This document shows positions 9,184 to 18,405 of a stretch of DNA of 41,730 nt, piece after piece (position 1 is the first letter of the stretch; each line of letters begins with the position of its first letter). A model generated the notes under the pieces. The model had not been told where the DNA came from and did not search any database. It saw only the letters and a program-made list of their open reading frames with translations. The position numbers were made by a program, and so were the translations under genes. The stretch spans positions 1 through 41,730 of the forward strand of contig CAIUCY010000169.1 of assembly GCA_903897765.1 (NCBI GenBank), given 5' to 3'. This stretch comes from an uncultured Candidatus Marinamargulisbacteria bacterium. GTDB lineage: Bacteria > Margulisbacteria > Riflemargulisbacteria > GWF2-35-9.

Positions 9184-9567
9184 ATGTCTGCTGTGAATAA
9201 GATCGTGATGATCGGTAATCTGACGACAGATCCTGAGGTTCGTGTTACCACCGAAGGAACGTCCATGACCCGCTTTACGATGTTGATCCAACGAGGCGGG
9301 GTTAATCAGGATAAATCAGACCTTATCCCTGTTGTATGTTGGGGGAAATTAGCGGAACAAGCTAATGACACCTTTCATAAGGGTATGATGGTTGTGGTCG
9401 AGGGACGGATACAAAATCGTTCCTTTGATGACAAAGACGGTCAAAAGGTCTACACCACCGAAGTTATCGCCAATTATGCACGGTTATTAGACGGAAGTGC
9501 CGTGTCTAGTGTCGATAAAGCGGTCGATGAGGCTGAGCCGTATGTCGAAGACGATATTCCGTTTTAG
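9184..9567 (+). CDS. ssb: Single-stranded DNA-binding protein, paralog 1
   Basis: OB-fold pattern (NKIVMIGNLTTDPEVR..., VVCWGKLAE, VVVEGRIQNRSF.DKDG) and acidic C-terminal tip EDDIPF. Confidence 0.9.
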   Translation: MSAVNKIVMIGNLTTDPEVRVTTEGTSMTRFTMLIQRGGVNQDKSDLIPVVCWGKLAEQANDTFHKGMMVVVEGRIQNRSFDDKDGQKVYTTEVIANYARLLDGSAVSSVDKAVDEAEPYVEDDIPF

Positions 9568-9580
9568 GAGAACATGACGA

Positions 9581-9949
9581 ATGTATAATAAAGTATTTTT
9601 AATCGGTAACTTAGCTCGCGACCCCGAAATGCGCTATACAACGGCGGGCATCCCTGTTACCAAGTTCTCCGTTGCCGTGAATCGCCGCGGTGGCAAAGAT
9701 GAAGTGGATTTTTTTAATATTGTCGCTTGGCGTAAGTTAGCCGAGATTTGTGGCGAGTATTTAAGCAAAGGCAAAAAGGTGTCGATCGAAGGTCGTTTAG
9801 AGATCGATACTTATGAAAAAGATGGGAAGCCACGCATCTGGGCGCAAATTATCGCCGATGATGTGCAGATCCTTTCCCGCAAAGACGAAGAGACTAGATC
9901 CGAAGAGCCGTCAAGCAATGTGACGAGCGAAGAAGATGTTCCCTTTTAG
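9581..9949 (+). CDS. ssb: Single-stranded DNA-binding protein, paralog 2
   Basis: OB-fold pattern (NKVFLIGNLARDPEMRYT, IVAWRKLAE, SIEGRLEIDTYEKDG) and acidic C-terminal tip EEDVPF. Confidence 0.9.
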   Translation: MYNKVFLIGNLARDPEMRYTTAGIPVTKFSVAVNRRGGKDEVDFFNIVAWRKLAEICGEYLSKGKKVSIEGRLEIDTYEKDGKPRIWAQIIADDVQILSRKDEETRSEEPSSNVTSEEDVPF

Positions 9950-9992
9950 ATAGAATTTTAGATAGAAAAGATTGGTAAGGAGGACGAGTTAA

Positions 9993-10262
9993 ATGGCAAT
10001 GAAACAACGTGAAAATGCATCCAGTAATAATATGAGACCTGTAAAGTTCCGCAAAGTGAAGAAGCGCCCTTGTTCGCTTTGTACGGCTCGGGTTGAGGAA
10101 CTCGACTACAAAGAGGTCAATACTTTAAAGCGTTATATTACCGAGCGTGGAAAGATAGGGCCTCGTCGTGCGACAGGCTTATGTCCTATTCATCAACGAG
10201 CCGTGGCTCATGCGATCAAACGTGCTCGTGAAGTGGCTCTCGTGCCGCATGTTTTGGATTAA
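9993..10262 (+). CDS. rpsR: 30S ribosomal protein S18
   Basis: DYKEVNTLKRYITERGKIGPRRATGLC..HQRAVAHAIKRAR is the canonical S18 core. Confidence 0.9.
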   Translation: MAMKQRENASSNNMRPVKFRKVKKRPCSLCTARVEELDYKEVNTLKRYITERGKIGPRRATGLCPIHQRAVAHAIKRAREVALVPHVLD

Positions 10263-10276
10263 GGGAGGCTATTTTA

Positions 10277-10792
10277 ATGAAAGTTATACTACTTGAAGAT
10301 GATACAAAGTTAGGGGATAAAGGCTCGGTCGTTGAGGTTGCAAAAGGGTTTGCCCAAAACTTCTTGATCCCTTTCAAAAAGGCTGTTATTGCAACAAAAG
10401 GCAATATCTCGGTAATGACCAACGCTCTTAATATGACGAAGAAAAAAGTCGCGAAAGAGCAAAAATCCCATCAAGACCTTGCGGATAAACTCAGCGGTTT
10501 ATCCCTTGATTTTACTCACAAAGCAGGTGCGACTGGGCATCTTTATGGCACCATTACAACCGAGCAAATTGTTGAGTATATCAAAGAGAAGTCGGGCGTT
10601 GAGATTTCGAAGAAAAAAGTCATTTTAAGCACCCATATCAAAATGGCAGGCACGTATTCGGCCAAGATCAAATTATATTCGGGTGTCGATGTGACACTAC
10701 CCATCGTGGTTACCGCGGTCAGTGATGAAGAGATCGGCTCTAAAGAAGGCCGTCCACGTATACGAACAGCTCGTCACGCAACCAAGTTCTAA
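10277..10792 (+). CDS. rplI: 50S ribosomal protein L9, with a basic C-terminal extension of about 20 aa
   Basis: MKVILLEDDTKLGDKGSVVEVAKGFAQNFLIP matches the L9 N-terminal domain. At 171 aa it is longer than the usual 150 aa or so. Confidence 0.9.
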   Translation: MKVILLEDDTKLGDKGSVVEVAKGFAQNFLIPFKKAVIATKGNISVMTNALNMTKKKVAKEQKSHQDLADKLSGLSLDFTHKAGATGHLYGTITTEQIVEYIKEKSGVEISKKKVILSTHIKMAGTYSAKIKLYSGVDVTLPIVVTAVSDEEIGSKEGRPRIRTARHATKF

Positions 10793-10912
10793 GATCAAGT
10801 CGCATTCGGCATTATAATGTCGTTGCCTTCGTTGCGCGCCCCTCGATGTACTGGGAGTACACCTGCGGGGCTTGCTCCTAGGCGCCTAGTGCTAATACCG
10901 TTTGCTGCCTTG
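10782..10912. repeat. Conserved structured intergenic element, copy 1 (rplI-uvrC spacer)
   Basis: 10811-10912 aligns without gaps to 21005-21106 (about 70 of 102 identical by hand). The central hairpin TGTAC-TGGGA-GTACA carries two compensatory pairs relative to copy 2. A CCAAGTT motif lies upstream in both copies. Confidence 0.6.
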
Positions 10913-10941
10913 ATAAACGTAGTTCCAAAGGGTGCTAGTAA

Positions 10942-12552
10942 ATGGTAACTCCCCCTCTGAATCTTTCCGAGATCCCATCTTCGCCAGGAATTTATCTCAT
11001 GAAGAATGAGGCCGGCGAGGTGCTTTATGTTGGTAAAGCCAAGAATCTTCGTAAGCGGGTGATCCAATATTTTAAACCCACATCGCCCCTCGCTCCCAAA
11101 ATAGCCGTATTGGTCGAACAGATCGCGCATATCGACTATGTGGTGGTTCAAAATGAAGTCGAGGCCTTGGTTCTAGAAAATCAGTTCATCAAATCCCATG
11201 ATCCCAAATACAATACGCGTCTCAAAGACAGCAAAACCTATCCCTATCTAAAGATCGACTTAAGCGAACCCTTCCCAAGACTCATTCAGACACGCATACG
11301 GAAAGTAGATAAGGCCCTGTATTTTGGCCCTTTCGTGTCAGGTTATTTATTGTCCGAGTTAATGAGCGTGATCCGTGATCATTTCCACTTGAGGCGATGT
11401 AAAAAGATCCCCAAGCGAAACATCCCTTGTCTTTTTTATCATATGGGTCGATGTTCAGCGCCCTGTATTGATAAGATTACGGTAGAGGACTATCAAGTTT
11501 GGATCAAAGAGATCGCCATGCTTTTAGAAGGGCGCTATGGCAAGCTCATCGCCTCCGTGCATGAGCAAATGAGTCGAGCGAGTGATGCGTTGAACTTTGA
11601 AAAAGCGGCTCAGTTTCGTGAGCAATTAAAAGCTGTTGAGCAGCTTCGAGATAAGCAACGGGTCGAATCCCTGACCCGAGATGACAATCTTGATGTATTT
11701 TTGGTGATGATGTTTGATGACTATGTGATCTTGCAAGTATTTCGTGTAGTAGAGGGCTGTTTAGTGCAAAATTTCAGTTTTGACATGGAGACCGCCAGTA
11801 TTGAGGAGAAAGGGGATGTTTTGGCCATGGGGGTCATGCAGTTCTATCATGAGCAGTCCGATGTTCCATCACGAGTCATTGTTGATCATGAGCCAGAGGG
11901 TCTTCGGGGATGGCTTGCCGAAAGAAATATGAAATTATCTCTAGCCTCATCGAGTTCTGCCGAAGGAAATTTAATGGATATGCTTCGTCAAAATGCGTTC
12001 CATGTCATGAAGCGAAAACTCATAACCAAAGAGGGGCTCTCTTACGATCAAGTCTCAAAAAAATTAGCTGACGACCTTGGCTTATCGAAGAGACCTCGAC
12101 GTATTATCGGTATCGATATCTCTCATTTAGGCGGAACGCAAATTGTGGCGTCCTGTGTTAGTTTTATGGATGGGATCCCCGATAAAGAAGAATATCGAAA
12201 GTTTAATATCAAAACGGTGGCCTATAATGACGATTATGCCTCGATCGCCGAAGTGGTTACCCGAGTCGCAAAACGGTTTATCCCTAAGCATAGTCCCGAT
12301 CTAATATTGATCGATGGAGGGCTTGGCCAACTTCACGCGGCGATGGAGGCACTCCGTCAATTAGAGGTAAAAGAGCTTGATATTTTATCGCTCGCAAAAA
12401 AAGAAGAAATTGTTTATTTGCCGACCCGCCCGAATGGGGTAAAATTAGACCATCAACATTCGGGGCTAAAAATCCTGCAGCAAGTTCGGGATGAAGCTCA
12501 CCGATTTGCCGTACAATTTCAGCGCCATAAAAGGAAAGCGATCTTTAAATGA
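10942..12552 (+). CDS. uvrC: Excinuclease ABC subunit C, lacking the C-terminal (HhH)2 domain
   Basis: GIY-YIG (PGIYLMKNEAGEVLYVGKAKNLRKRV), Cys cluster (RRCKK...CLFYHMGRCSAPC), UVR domain (LNFEKAAQFREQL) and RNase H-like endonuclease domain. The protein ends right after RDEAHRFAVQFQRHKRK. Confidence 0.9.
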   Translation: MVTPPLNLSEIPSSPGIYLMKNEAGEVLYVGKAKNLRKRVIQYFKPTSPLAPKIAVLVEQIAHIDYVVVQNEVEALVLENQFIKSHDPKYNTRLKDSKTYPYLKIDLSEPFPRLIQTRIRKVDKALYFGPFVSGYLLSELMSVIRDHFHLRRCKKIPKRNIPCLFYHMGRCSAPCIDKITVEDYQVWIKEIAMLLEGRYGKLIASVHEQMSRASDALNFEKAAQFREQLKAVEQLRDKQRVESLTRDDNLDVFLVMMFDDYVILQVFRVVEGCLVQNFSFDMETASIEEKGDVLAMGVMQFYHEQSDVPSRVIVDHEPEGLRGWLAERNMKLSLASSSSAEGNLMDMLRQNAFHVMKRKLITKEGLSYDQVSKKLADDLGLSKRPRRIIGIDISHLGGTQIVASCVSFMDGIPDKEEYRKFNIKTVAYNDDYASIAEVVTRVAKRFIPKHSPDLILIDGGLGQLHAAMEALRQLEVKELDILSLAKKEEIVYLPTRPNGVKLDHQHSGLKILQQVRDEAHRFAVQFQRHKRKAIFK

Positions 12553-13676
12553 AGCGGATCTTATTATTGTTAAGTTTTATTATGCTCGTAACCTTCGCAA
12601 CTGACCCTAATGATGAGGTCGCTAAAAAAACGCGCGAATTAGAAGCCCTCAATCAACGGATACTCCAACACCGCGATGTGATCGGCCGTACTGAGCGACA
12701 GGCACGGGATGTCGCGCGTACGATCACCAAGATCGAAAGTGAGTTGGTTCGACAAAATCAACTTCACGAGAAAGTGAGCGGCCAGATCGACCACACCAAA
12801 GGCGAGATCGGCAAAGTTGAGCTGGATATCTTTAACGAACGAAAAAAATTCGAGATCGCCCAAGCGAGTTTGACTTACAAGGTCGACCAATTCCATCGTT
12901 TAGGGGAAACCAACTTTATTGAGATCCTTTTTAACTCGGATGAATTTACCGATCACCTCAATGAGCTCTATTTCTTTGAATCTATGATCACGACGAATGT
13001 GGTGTTTTTAAATGATGTGCGAGAGAAAAAAACACAATTAACCCATCAAGAAAATAAATTAAGTGGTTTGCTTGGCAATCTCAAAACTCAAGAGCATCAA
13101 ATTGTTGTCATCAAAACGGTCATCAATGAGAATAAAAAAACGAAGGAAAAATTATTCCAAGAGCTCATGGCGCAAAAAGCGGAATACGAAAAACAACTGA
13201 GTCAACTTGAACGAGACTCGGCTCAGATCCAAGAAATGATCGTACGATTGCAAAAACAAGGGGGACGTACACAATGGATAGGGGACGGCCGCTTTATTTG
13301 GCCCGTTATTGGGAAAATAACGTCAGATTTCGGGAAACGAATGCACCCTATTTTTAAAGTCGAGGCCTTCCATACAGGGCTCGATATCGCTGCGCCGACC
13401 GGGCGTCCGGTTTTCGCCGCCGCAGATGGGGTTGTCTTGTATTCCGGCAATTGGGGAGGCTATGGGAAGACCGTTGTGATCGATCATGGGGCTGGATTCA
13501 CAACCATTTATGGCCACTTATCGGCATTCTATGTGAAACGCTCGGCACAGATCACGAAAGGTCAAATTATCGCTCTTGTTGGAAGTACAGGGTGGGCGAC
13601 AGGCCCCCATCTGCATTTTGAGATTCGCAAAGGTGGAAATGCAATAGATCCTCTTATCTACTTGCCAAAACAATAA
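12549..13676 (+). CDS. M23 family metallopeptidase with N-terminal coiled coil (EnvC-like murein hydrolase activator)
   Basis: Signal/TM segment, then a long coiled coil. The M23 motifs are HTGLDIAAP and GPHLHFEIR. ATGA overlap with uvrC. Confidence 0.85.
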   Translation: MKRILLLLSFIMLVTFATDPNDEVAKKTRELEALNQRILQHRDVIGRTERQARDVARTITKIESELVRQNQLHEKVSGQIDHTKGEIGKVELDIFNERKKFEIAQASLTYKVDQFHRLGETNFIEILFNSDEFTDHLNELYFFESMITTNVVFLNDVREKKTQLTHQENKLSGLLGNLKTQEHQIVVIKTVINENKKTKEKLFQELMAQKAEYEKQLSQLERDSAQIQEMIVRLQKQGGRTQWIGDGRFIWPVIGKITSDFGKRMHPIFKVEAFHTGLDIAAPTGRPVFAAADGVVLYSGNWGGYGKTVVIDHGAGFTTIYGHLSAFYVKRSAQITKGQIIALVGSTGWATGPHLHFEIRKGGNAIDPLIYLPKQ

Positions 13677-13684
13677 AAGTCGCT

Positions 13685-14845
13685 ATGATACACCTGATGA
13701 AAAAATATTTGCGCATTCCCCTCGTCTTACTCCTCCTTGTTGGTGTTAGTTATCCTGTTAATTGGAAACTTCAGACACTTCAGGTGTTTGACATTATTCA
13801 GGGTAATTATGTTCAGGATAATATTTCCGAAAAAACCTTAACCTATGGTGCGATCAAGGGCATGCTCGAGTCGTTGAATGATCCCTACTCTCGGTTTCTA
13901 GAACCTGATAAATATACTGAAATGAAGTCAAGCCTAGCGGGCAATTTCTTTGGTATTGGCATCCATATTGGGATGAAGAATAATAAATTAACCGTGATCA
14001 CACCCATTAGTGGCACCCCAGCGGATAAGGCCGGCATTCGAGCAATGGATAGCATTGTCTCCATTAATACGGTTACAACCGAAAAAATGTCGCTCGAAGA
14101 AGCCGTTTCGTTGATCCGCGGCCCCGAAGGAAGCAAAGTCACGTTATGGATCAAACGAGAGTCTGTTGAGACGCCATTCGCGGTGAGCATTGTTCGTGCC
14201 AAGATCGATATCAAGAGCATTGAAGACGCGAAGATCCTTGCTGATGATGTGGGTTATCTTCGACTTAATAGTTTTGAAAGCAAAGAAGCTACAAAGGAAA
14301 TGGCGACGGAGATCAAGGCTCTTAAGAAAAAGGGCGCAAAGCACCTTATCATTGATGTCAGGAACAATGGAGGCGGTTTGCTTTCTAATGCTCAAGGGAT
14401 AGCCAGTTTGTTAATTGATGAAGGTGTCGTCGTCTATACCGTAGATCGTAGTGGGAATAAATTGAGCTTACCGGTTACCCCTGGAAAGAAAATTTTTGAT
14501 GGTTCCGTTGTCATTCTGATAAATGGTTCATCCGCTTCGGCTTCTGAAATTTTGGCGGGTGCGGTTCGAGATAATCATCGTGGCAAATTGGTCGGAACCC
14601 ATTCCTTTGGAAAAGCTTCGGTTCAAAATATTATTCCCATGTCAGATGGTTCCGCTATTTTGTTAACTATTGCAAAGTATTTAACCCCGAACGGAAGCAA
14701 TATCCATACCGTTGGCATCCCGCCGGATGTGCTTGTCGATATTCCGTCTTCAGATATTGAGGCGATCCAAAAAGGAACCTTCACCTATTCGATGGATAAA
14801 GATCCGCAAATCCTGAAAGCGATACAAGTCGTTAAATCATTGTAA
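13685..14845 (+). CDS. S41 family C-terminal processing peptidase
   Basis: Signal peptide, PDZ segment (GTPADKAGIRAMDSIVSIN), catalytic region (IIDVRNNGGGLL, LINGSSASASEILAGA). Confidence 0.9.
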   Translation: MIHLMKKYLRIPLVLLLLVGVSYPVNWKLQTLQVFDIIQGNYVQDNISEKTLTYGAIKGMLESLNDPYSRFLEPDKYTEMKSSLAGNFFGIGIHIGMKNNKLTVITPISGTPADKAGIRAMDSIVSINTVTTEKMSLEEAVSLIRGPEGSKVTLWIKRESVETPFAVSIVRAKIDIKSIEDAKILADDVGYLRLNSFESKEATKEMATEIKALKKKGAKHLIIDVRNNGGGLLSNAQGIASLLIDEGVVVYTVDRSGNKLSLPVTPGKKIFDGSVVILINGSSASASEILAGAVRDNHRGKLVGTHSFGKASVQNIIPMSDGSAILLTIAKYLTPNGSNIHTVGIPPDVLVDIPSSDIEAIQKGTFTYSMDKDPQILKAIQVVKSL

Positions 14846-14867
14846 TCTCCCCTAAGGTTCTGCATTT

Positions 14868-15752
14868 ATGAAACGTTTTATTGGCACGATCATTGCCATC
14901 ATCGCTGCATTGATCATGGTAAATCTAGTGTTGATGTTTGTTCACTGGGTTACTCTTGAAAAAACGGCTGAAGAATTCCTTGAGCCGACCCCGATCGATA
15001 TCGACCTTTTACCGACATCCCCAAAATCACATTCAAAGCCCTATAGATATCCTTCCGCCAAGGTGGCCATCGTTATTGATGATCTAGGGGTGAAAACCCC
15101 GCAATATCTGATATTAATGGATATCCCGTTCAAGTTGAATCTGGCTATCATTCCAGGATTAAAGAATAGCAAAAGTCTTGTAAAGGAATTAGCCTTAATG
15201 GATCGTTATGAATTGCTACTCCATATGCCAATGGAACCATTTCCCCACCGAGGAGATCAAGAAAGTCAGGGGCCTAGTCGGATAAAAACTTATCCATTTT
15301 ATATTGATAGGCATAGCAAAGCTTCGTCCATTTCATTGGTGTTAGATGAGGCAATGGATCAATTGAATGGCTGGGGTTTCATTAAAGGTCTAAATAATCA
15401 TATGGGTTCATATGTGACGTCGAGTCCAAATATGATGGTCCCTATAATAGACTGGACACGATCGCATCAACTCTTCTTTTTAGATAGTCTGACCAGTCGA
15501 ACGACAGTCGCCTACGAAATGGCTCGACGTCAGCATATCCCCGCTTATCATAATGAGATGTTCTTGGATGGGATCGATGAGCCTGACGTGATCCGTGAAC
15601 GGCTAAGAAAGGCGGTAGCGAGGTCGCGTTCGGAGGGACAAGTGGTTGTGATCGGGCATATCACCCGAAAATATACACTGCCGGTGTTAAAAGAAATGAT
15701 GCCCCAATTCGCTGATCATGGCGTGAGTTTCGTTTGGTTGTCGGAGTTATAG
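14868..15752 (+). CDS. Divergent polysaccharide deacetylase family protein (YibQ-like)
   Basis: N-terminal TM helix plus VAIVIDDLG and NHMGS motifs. The envC-ctp-yibQ-type neighbourhood supports the call. Confidence 0.75.
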   Translation: MKRFIGTIIAIIAALIMVNLVLMFVHWVTLEKTAEEFLEPTPIDIDLLPTSPKSHSKPYRYPSAKVAIVIDDLGVKTPQYLILMDIPFKLNLAIIPGLKNSKSLVKELALMDRYELLLHMPMEPFPHRGDQESQGPSRIKTYPFYIDRHSKASSISLVLDEAMDQLNGWGFIKGLNNHMGSYVTSSPNMMVPIIDWTRSHQLFFLDSLTSRTTVAYEMARRQHIPAYHNEMFLDGIDEPDVIRERLRKAVARSRSEGQVVVIGHITRKYTLPVLKEMMPQFADHGVSFVWLSEL

Positions 15753-15760
15753 ATTTCCTC

Positions 15761-15788
15761 TTGAAAAATATTTTAGCAGTGTCATAAT
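15761..15788 (+). promoter_or_regulatory. Putative sigma-70-type promoter of clpB
   Basis: TTGAAA (15761-15766), 16-nt spacer, CATAAT (15783-15788), about 35 nt upstream of the clpB ATG. Confidence 0.55.
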
Positions 15789-15799
15789 TAGACTGCTAA
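15773..15799 (+). promoter_or_regulatory. CIRCE-like inverted repeat (putative HrcA operator) overlapping the clpB promoter
   Basis: TTAGCAGTG-N9-GACTGCTAA compared with the CIRCE consensus TTAGCACTC-N9-GAGTGCTAA (15 of 18 arm positions). It is 27 nt with 9-9-9 geometry. Confidence 0.65.
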
Positions 15800-15823
15800 A
15801 ATTTATGTTAAGGGGTGGTTGTA

Positions 15824-18397
15824 ATGCTCAATCTCAATAAATTTACCATTAAAGCTCAAGAGGCTGTCCAAGCAGCTTTTCAGTTAGCTCAGGATCGTGA
15901 TCATCAAGAGGTCACGCCTATTCATTTATTATCTGCCATGCTTGATGTCGAGGACAGCTTGGCCGCGTCGTTGCTTGCTCAGATCGGGGCAAGAATGGAT
16001 GTCATAACAGATGAGGTTGCAAGGTTACTAAAAAATTATGCCAAAGTCGAAGGGGTTGCCCAGCAATATGTCCACAATGATCTAGGGCTTGTCATCAAAC
16101 AGGCACAAAAAGAAGCAGACCGACTGAAGGACGACTACGTGACGAATGAACATTTATTGCTCGCTATGGTCGATGTTGCCGGCGATGCCAAGCAGGTTCT
16201 AAATGACGCGGGTGTCACAAAAGACTCACTATTAAAGGTGTTTAAACAAGTACGTGGGGATGAGCGGGTGACCGATCCCAATCAAGAAGACAGCTTTCAG
16301 GCGATCAAAAAATATTGCAAAGACCTTAATGAACTTGCTCGTAATGGCAAATTAGACCCTGTGATCGGCCGAGATGATGAAATCCGTCGTATCATTCAGG
16401 TGTTGTCTCGACGAACGAAGAACAACCCTGTTCTTATTGGTGAACCCGGAGTCGGCAAAACGGCTGTGGTCGAGGGGCTTGCGTTGCGTATCGTCAACGG
16501 CGATGTCCCCAGTGTTTTGAAGAATATGCGCATCGAAGCGCTCGATATGGGGGCGTTGATCGCGGGTGCAAAATATCGAGGTGAATTTGAAGATCGGTTG
16601 AAAGCACTTATCAAGGAGATCGAGAAATCAGAAGGATCGGTTATCCTCTTTATTGACGAACTGCATACCATTGTCGGGGCTGGGGCAGCGGAAGGCTCAA
16701 TGGACGCCTCTAATATGTTGAAGCCGGCTCTGGCAAGAGGTTTGTTGAGGTCTATCGGTGCTACCACTCTTGATGAATATCGGAAATATATCGAAAAAGA
16801 TGCGGCGCTTGAACGTCGCTTTCAACCCGTGTTCATCTCTGAGCCGAATGTCGAGGATACGATCGCTATTTTGCGAGGACTTAAGGAAAAGTACGAGATC
16901 CATCATGGTATACGCATAAAAGATGCCGCGATCGTCGCGGCGGCTCAATTATCAAATCGCTACATTGCGGATCGATTTTTGCCAGACAAAGCCATTGACC
17001 TGATAGATGAGGCTGCCTCACGACTTCGGATCGAGGTCGATAGTATGCCACAAGAGATCGACGAATTGGAACGTCGCAGCGTACAACTCGAAATAGAACG
17101 ACAAGCCTTGAAACGGGAGACTGACCCCAAAAGCAAAGAACGACTTGAAAAGATCATCAAAGACCAAGCCGAGGTCGATGAACAGAAAAGCAAACTGAAG
17201 TCACATTGGATGCAAGAAAAAGCCATGATCGAATCGGTCAGTGATATTAAAAAGAAGATCGAAGAAGCCACGAGTCGGGCGCAGCGTGAAGAGCGGTTGG
17301 GTAATTTAGAGGCTGTGTCCAAGATTCGATACGGAGAGATCGTCGAACTGCAAAACAAGCTTAATGATGCTCAAACAAAAATCGGCCAAATCCAAGATGG
17401 AACAAGGATGTTAAAGGAAGAGGTCGATGAGGATGATATTGCACAGATCGTCTCGAAATGGACAGGGATACCCGTAACCAAGATGTTGGGCAGCGAAATG
17501 CAAAAATTACTCCACCTCGAAGCCGACCTTCATGAACGGGTGATCGGTCAAAATGAAGCGATCGAGGCTGTCTCAAATGCTGTTCGTCGTTCTCGGTCAG
17601 GTATATCCGACCCGAATCGTCCGATCGGATCATTTATTTTCTTAGGCCCAACAGGGGTTGGAAAGACCGAATTAGCCAAAGCTTTAGCGGCGCATCTCTT
17701 TGATAAAGATGCTATGGTCAGAATAGATATGAGTGAGTATATGGAAAAACATACGGTGGCACGTTTGCTTGGTGCCCCCCCCGGATACGTCGGGTATGAC
17801 GAGGGCGGACAATTGACCGAGGCGGTGCGTCGTCGTCCTTACGCAGTGATCTTGTTCGATGAGATAGAAAAGGCGCATCCTGATGTCTTTAATGTGCTGT
17901 TACAGATCCTTGATGATGGACGTTTGACCGATGGCCAAGGACGCAACGTAGACTTTAAGAATACGGTGGTCATTATGACGTCCAATATTGGAAGTGACTT
18001 GATCCTTCAGGCCGACTCGGTGGACGAAGTTAAAGAGGAAGTGCTAGACCGAATGAAACAGCATTTTCGACCCGAGTTCCTTAATCGTGTGGATGAAATG
18101 ATCGTTTTTGGACGACTCACGATAGAAGAATTGCGTCAGATCGTCTCAATACAACTTCATATATTGGCCACCCGTTTACAAGCGCGTGACATCAATTTGA
18201 CGTTAACGGACGCACTGAAAGATCATTTAGCCAAAGTGGGATTTGACCCGATCTTTGGGGCAAGACCGCTAAAACGGGCCGTGACACGCCTTGTCCAAGA
18301 CCCCTTGGCGACCCAGATCCTTTCGGGTGCAATTGGACATGGGAGTCATGTTATGGTTGATTATGAAGGTGAAGCGGTCGTTTTTCGTGTACAATAG
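15824..18397 (+). CDS. clpB: ATP-dependent chaperone ClpB
   Basis: [15 protein letters not shown]-terminus. Two AAA modules ([16 protein letters not shown]), a long middle coiled coil, [10 protein letters not shown] prefer the ATG at 15824 (AAGGGG upstream) over the GTG at 15815. Confidence 0.95.
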   Translation: MLNLNKFTIKAQEAVQAAFQLAQDRDHQEVTPIHLLSAMLDVEDSLAASLLAQIGARMDVITDEVARLLKNYAKVEGVAQQYVHNDLGLVIKQAQKEADRLKDDYVTNEHLLLAMVDVAGDAKQVLNDAGVTKDSLLKVFKQVRGDERVTDPNQEDSFQAIKKYCKDLNELARNGKLDPVIGRDDEIRRIIQVLSRRTKNNPVLIGEPGVGKTAVVEGLALRIVNGDVPSVLKNMRIEALDMGALIAGAKYRGEFEDRLKALIKEIEKSEGSVILFIDELHTIVGAGAAEGSMDASNMLKPALARGLLRSIGATTLDEYRKYIEKDAALERRFQPVFISEPNVEDTIAILRGLKEKYEIHHGIRIKDAAIVAAAQLSNRYIADRFLPDKAIDLIDEAASRLRIEVDSMPQEIDELERRSVQLEIERQALKRETDPKSKERLEKIIKDQAEVDEQKSKLKSHWMQEKAMIESVSDIKKKIEEATSRAQREERLGNLEAVSKIRYGEIVELQNKLNDAQTKIGQIQDGTRMLKEEVDEDDIAQIVSKWTGIPVTKMLGSEMQKLLHLEADLHERVIGQNEAIEAVSNAVRRSRSGISDPNRPIGSFIFLGPTGVGKTELAKALAAHLFDKDAMVRIDMSEYMEKHTVARLLGAPPGYVGYDEGGQLTEAVRRRPYAVILFDEIEKAHPDVFNVLLQILDDGRLTDGQGRNVDFKNTVVIMTSNIGSDLILQADSVDEVKEEVLDRMKQHFRPEFLNRVDEMIVFGRLTIEELRQIVSIQLHILATRLQARDINLTLTDALKDHLAKVGFDPIFGARPLKRAVTRLVQDPLATQILSGAIGHGSHVMVDYEGEAVVFRVQ

Positions 18398-18405
18398 ACG
18401 ACAGG

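Noticed and set aside
10795-11151. 118-aa minus-strand ORF spanning the rplI-uvrC spacer and the uvrC 5' end
   Set aside because: It is antisense to the strongly supported uvrC GIY-YIG region and runs through the structured repeat. It has no motif and no RBS.
17775-17782. C8 homopolymer in clpB
   Set aside because: It encodes the universally conserved GAPPGYVGY motif and is one nt shorter than the G9 tracts. Coding constraint is the likelier explanation, not a contingency switch.
16396-17878. Series of minus-strand ORFs (123, 83, 132, 90 and 64 aa) inside clpB
   Set aside because: They are antisense shadow ORFs of a highly conserved gene, with low-complexity Ser/Arg-rich translations. The same reasoning applies to antisense ORFs inside the PP2C gene, alaS, cheA, recN and glyQ.
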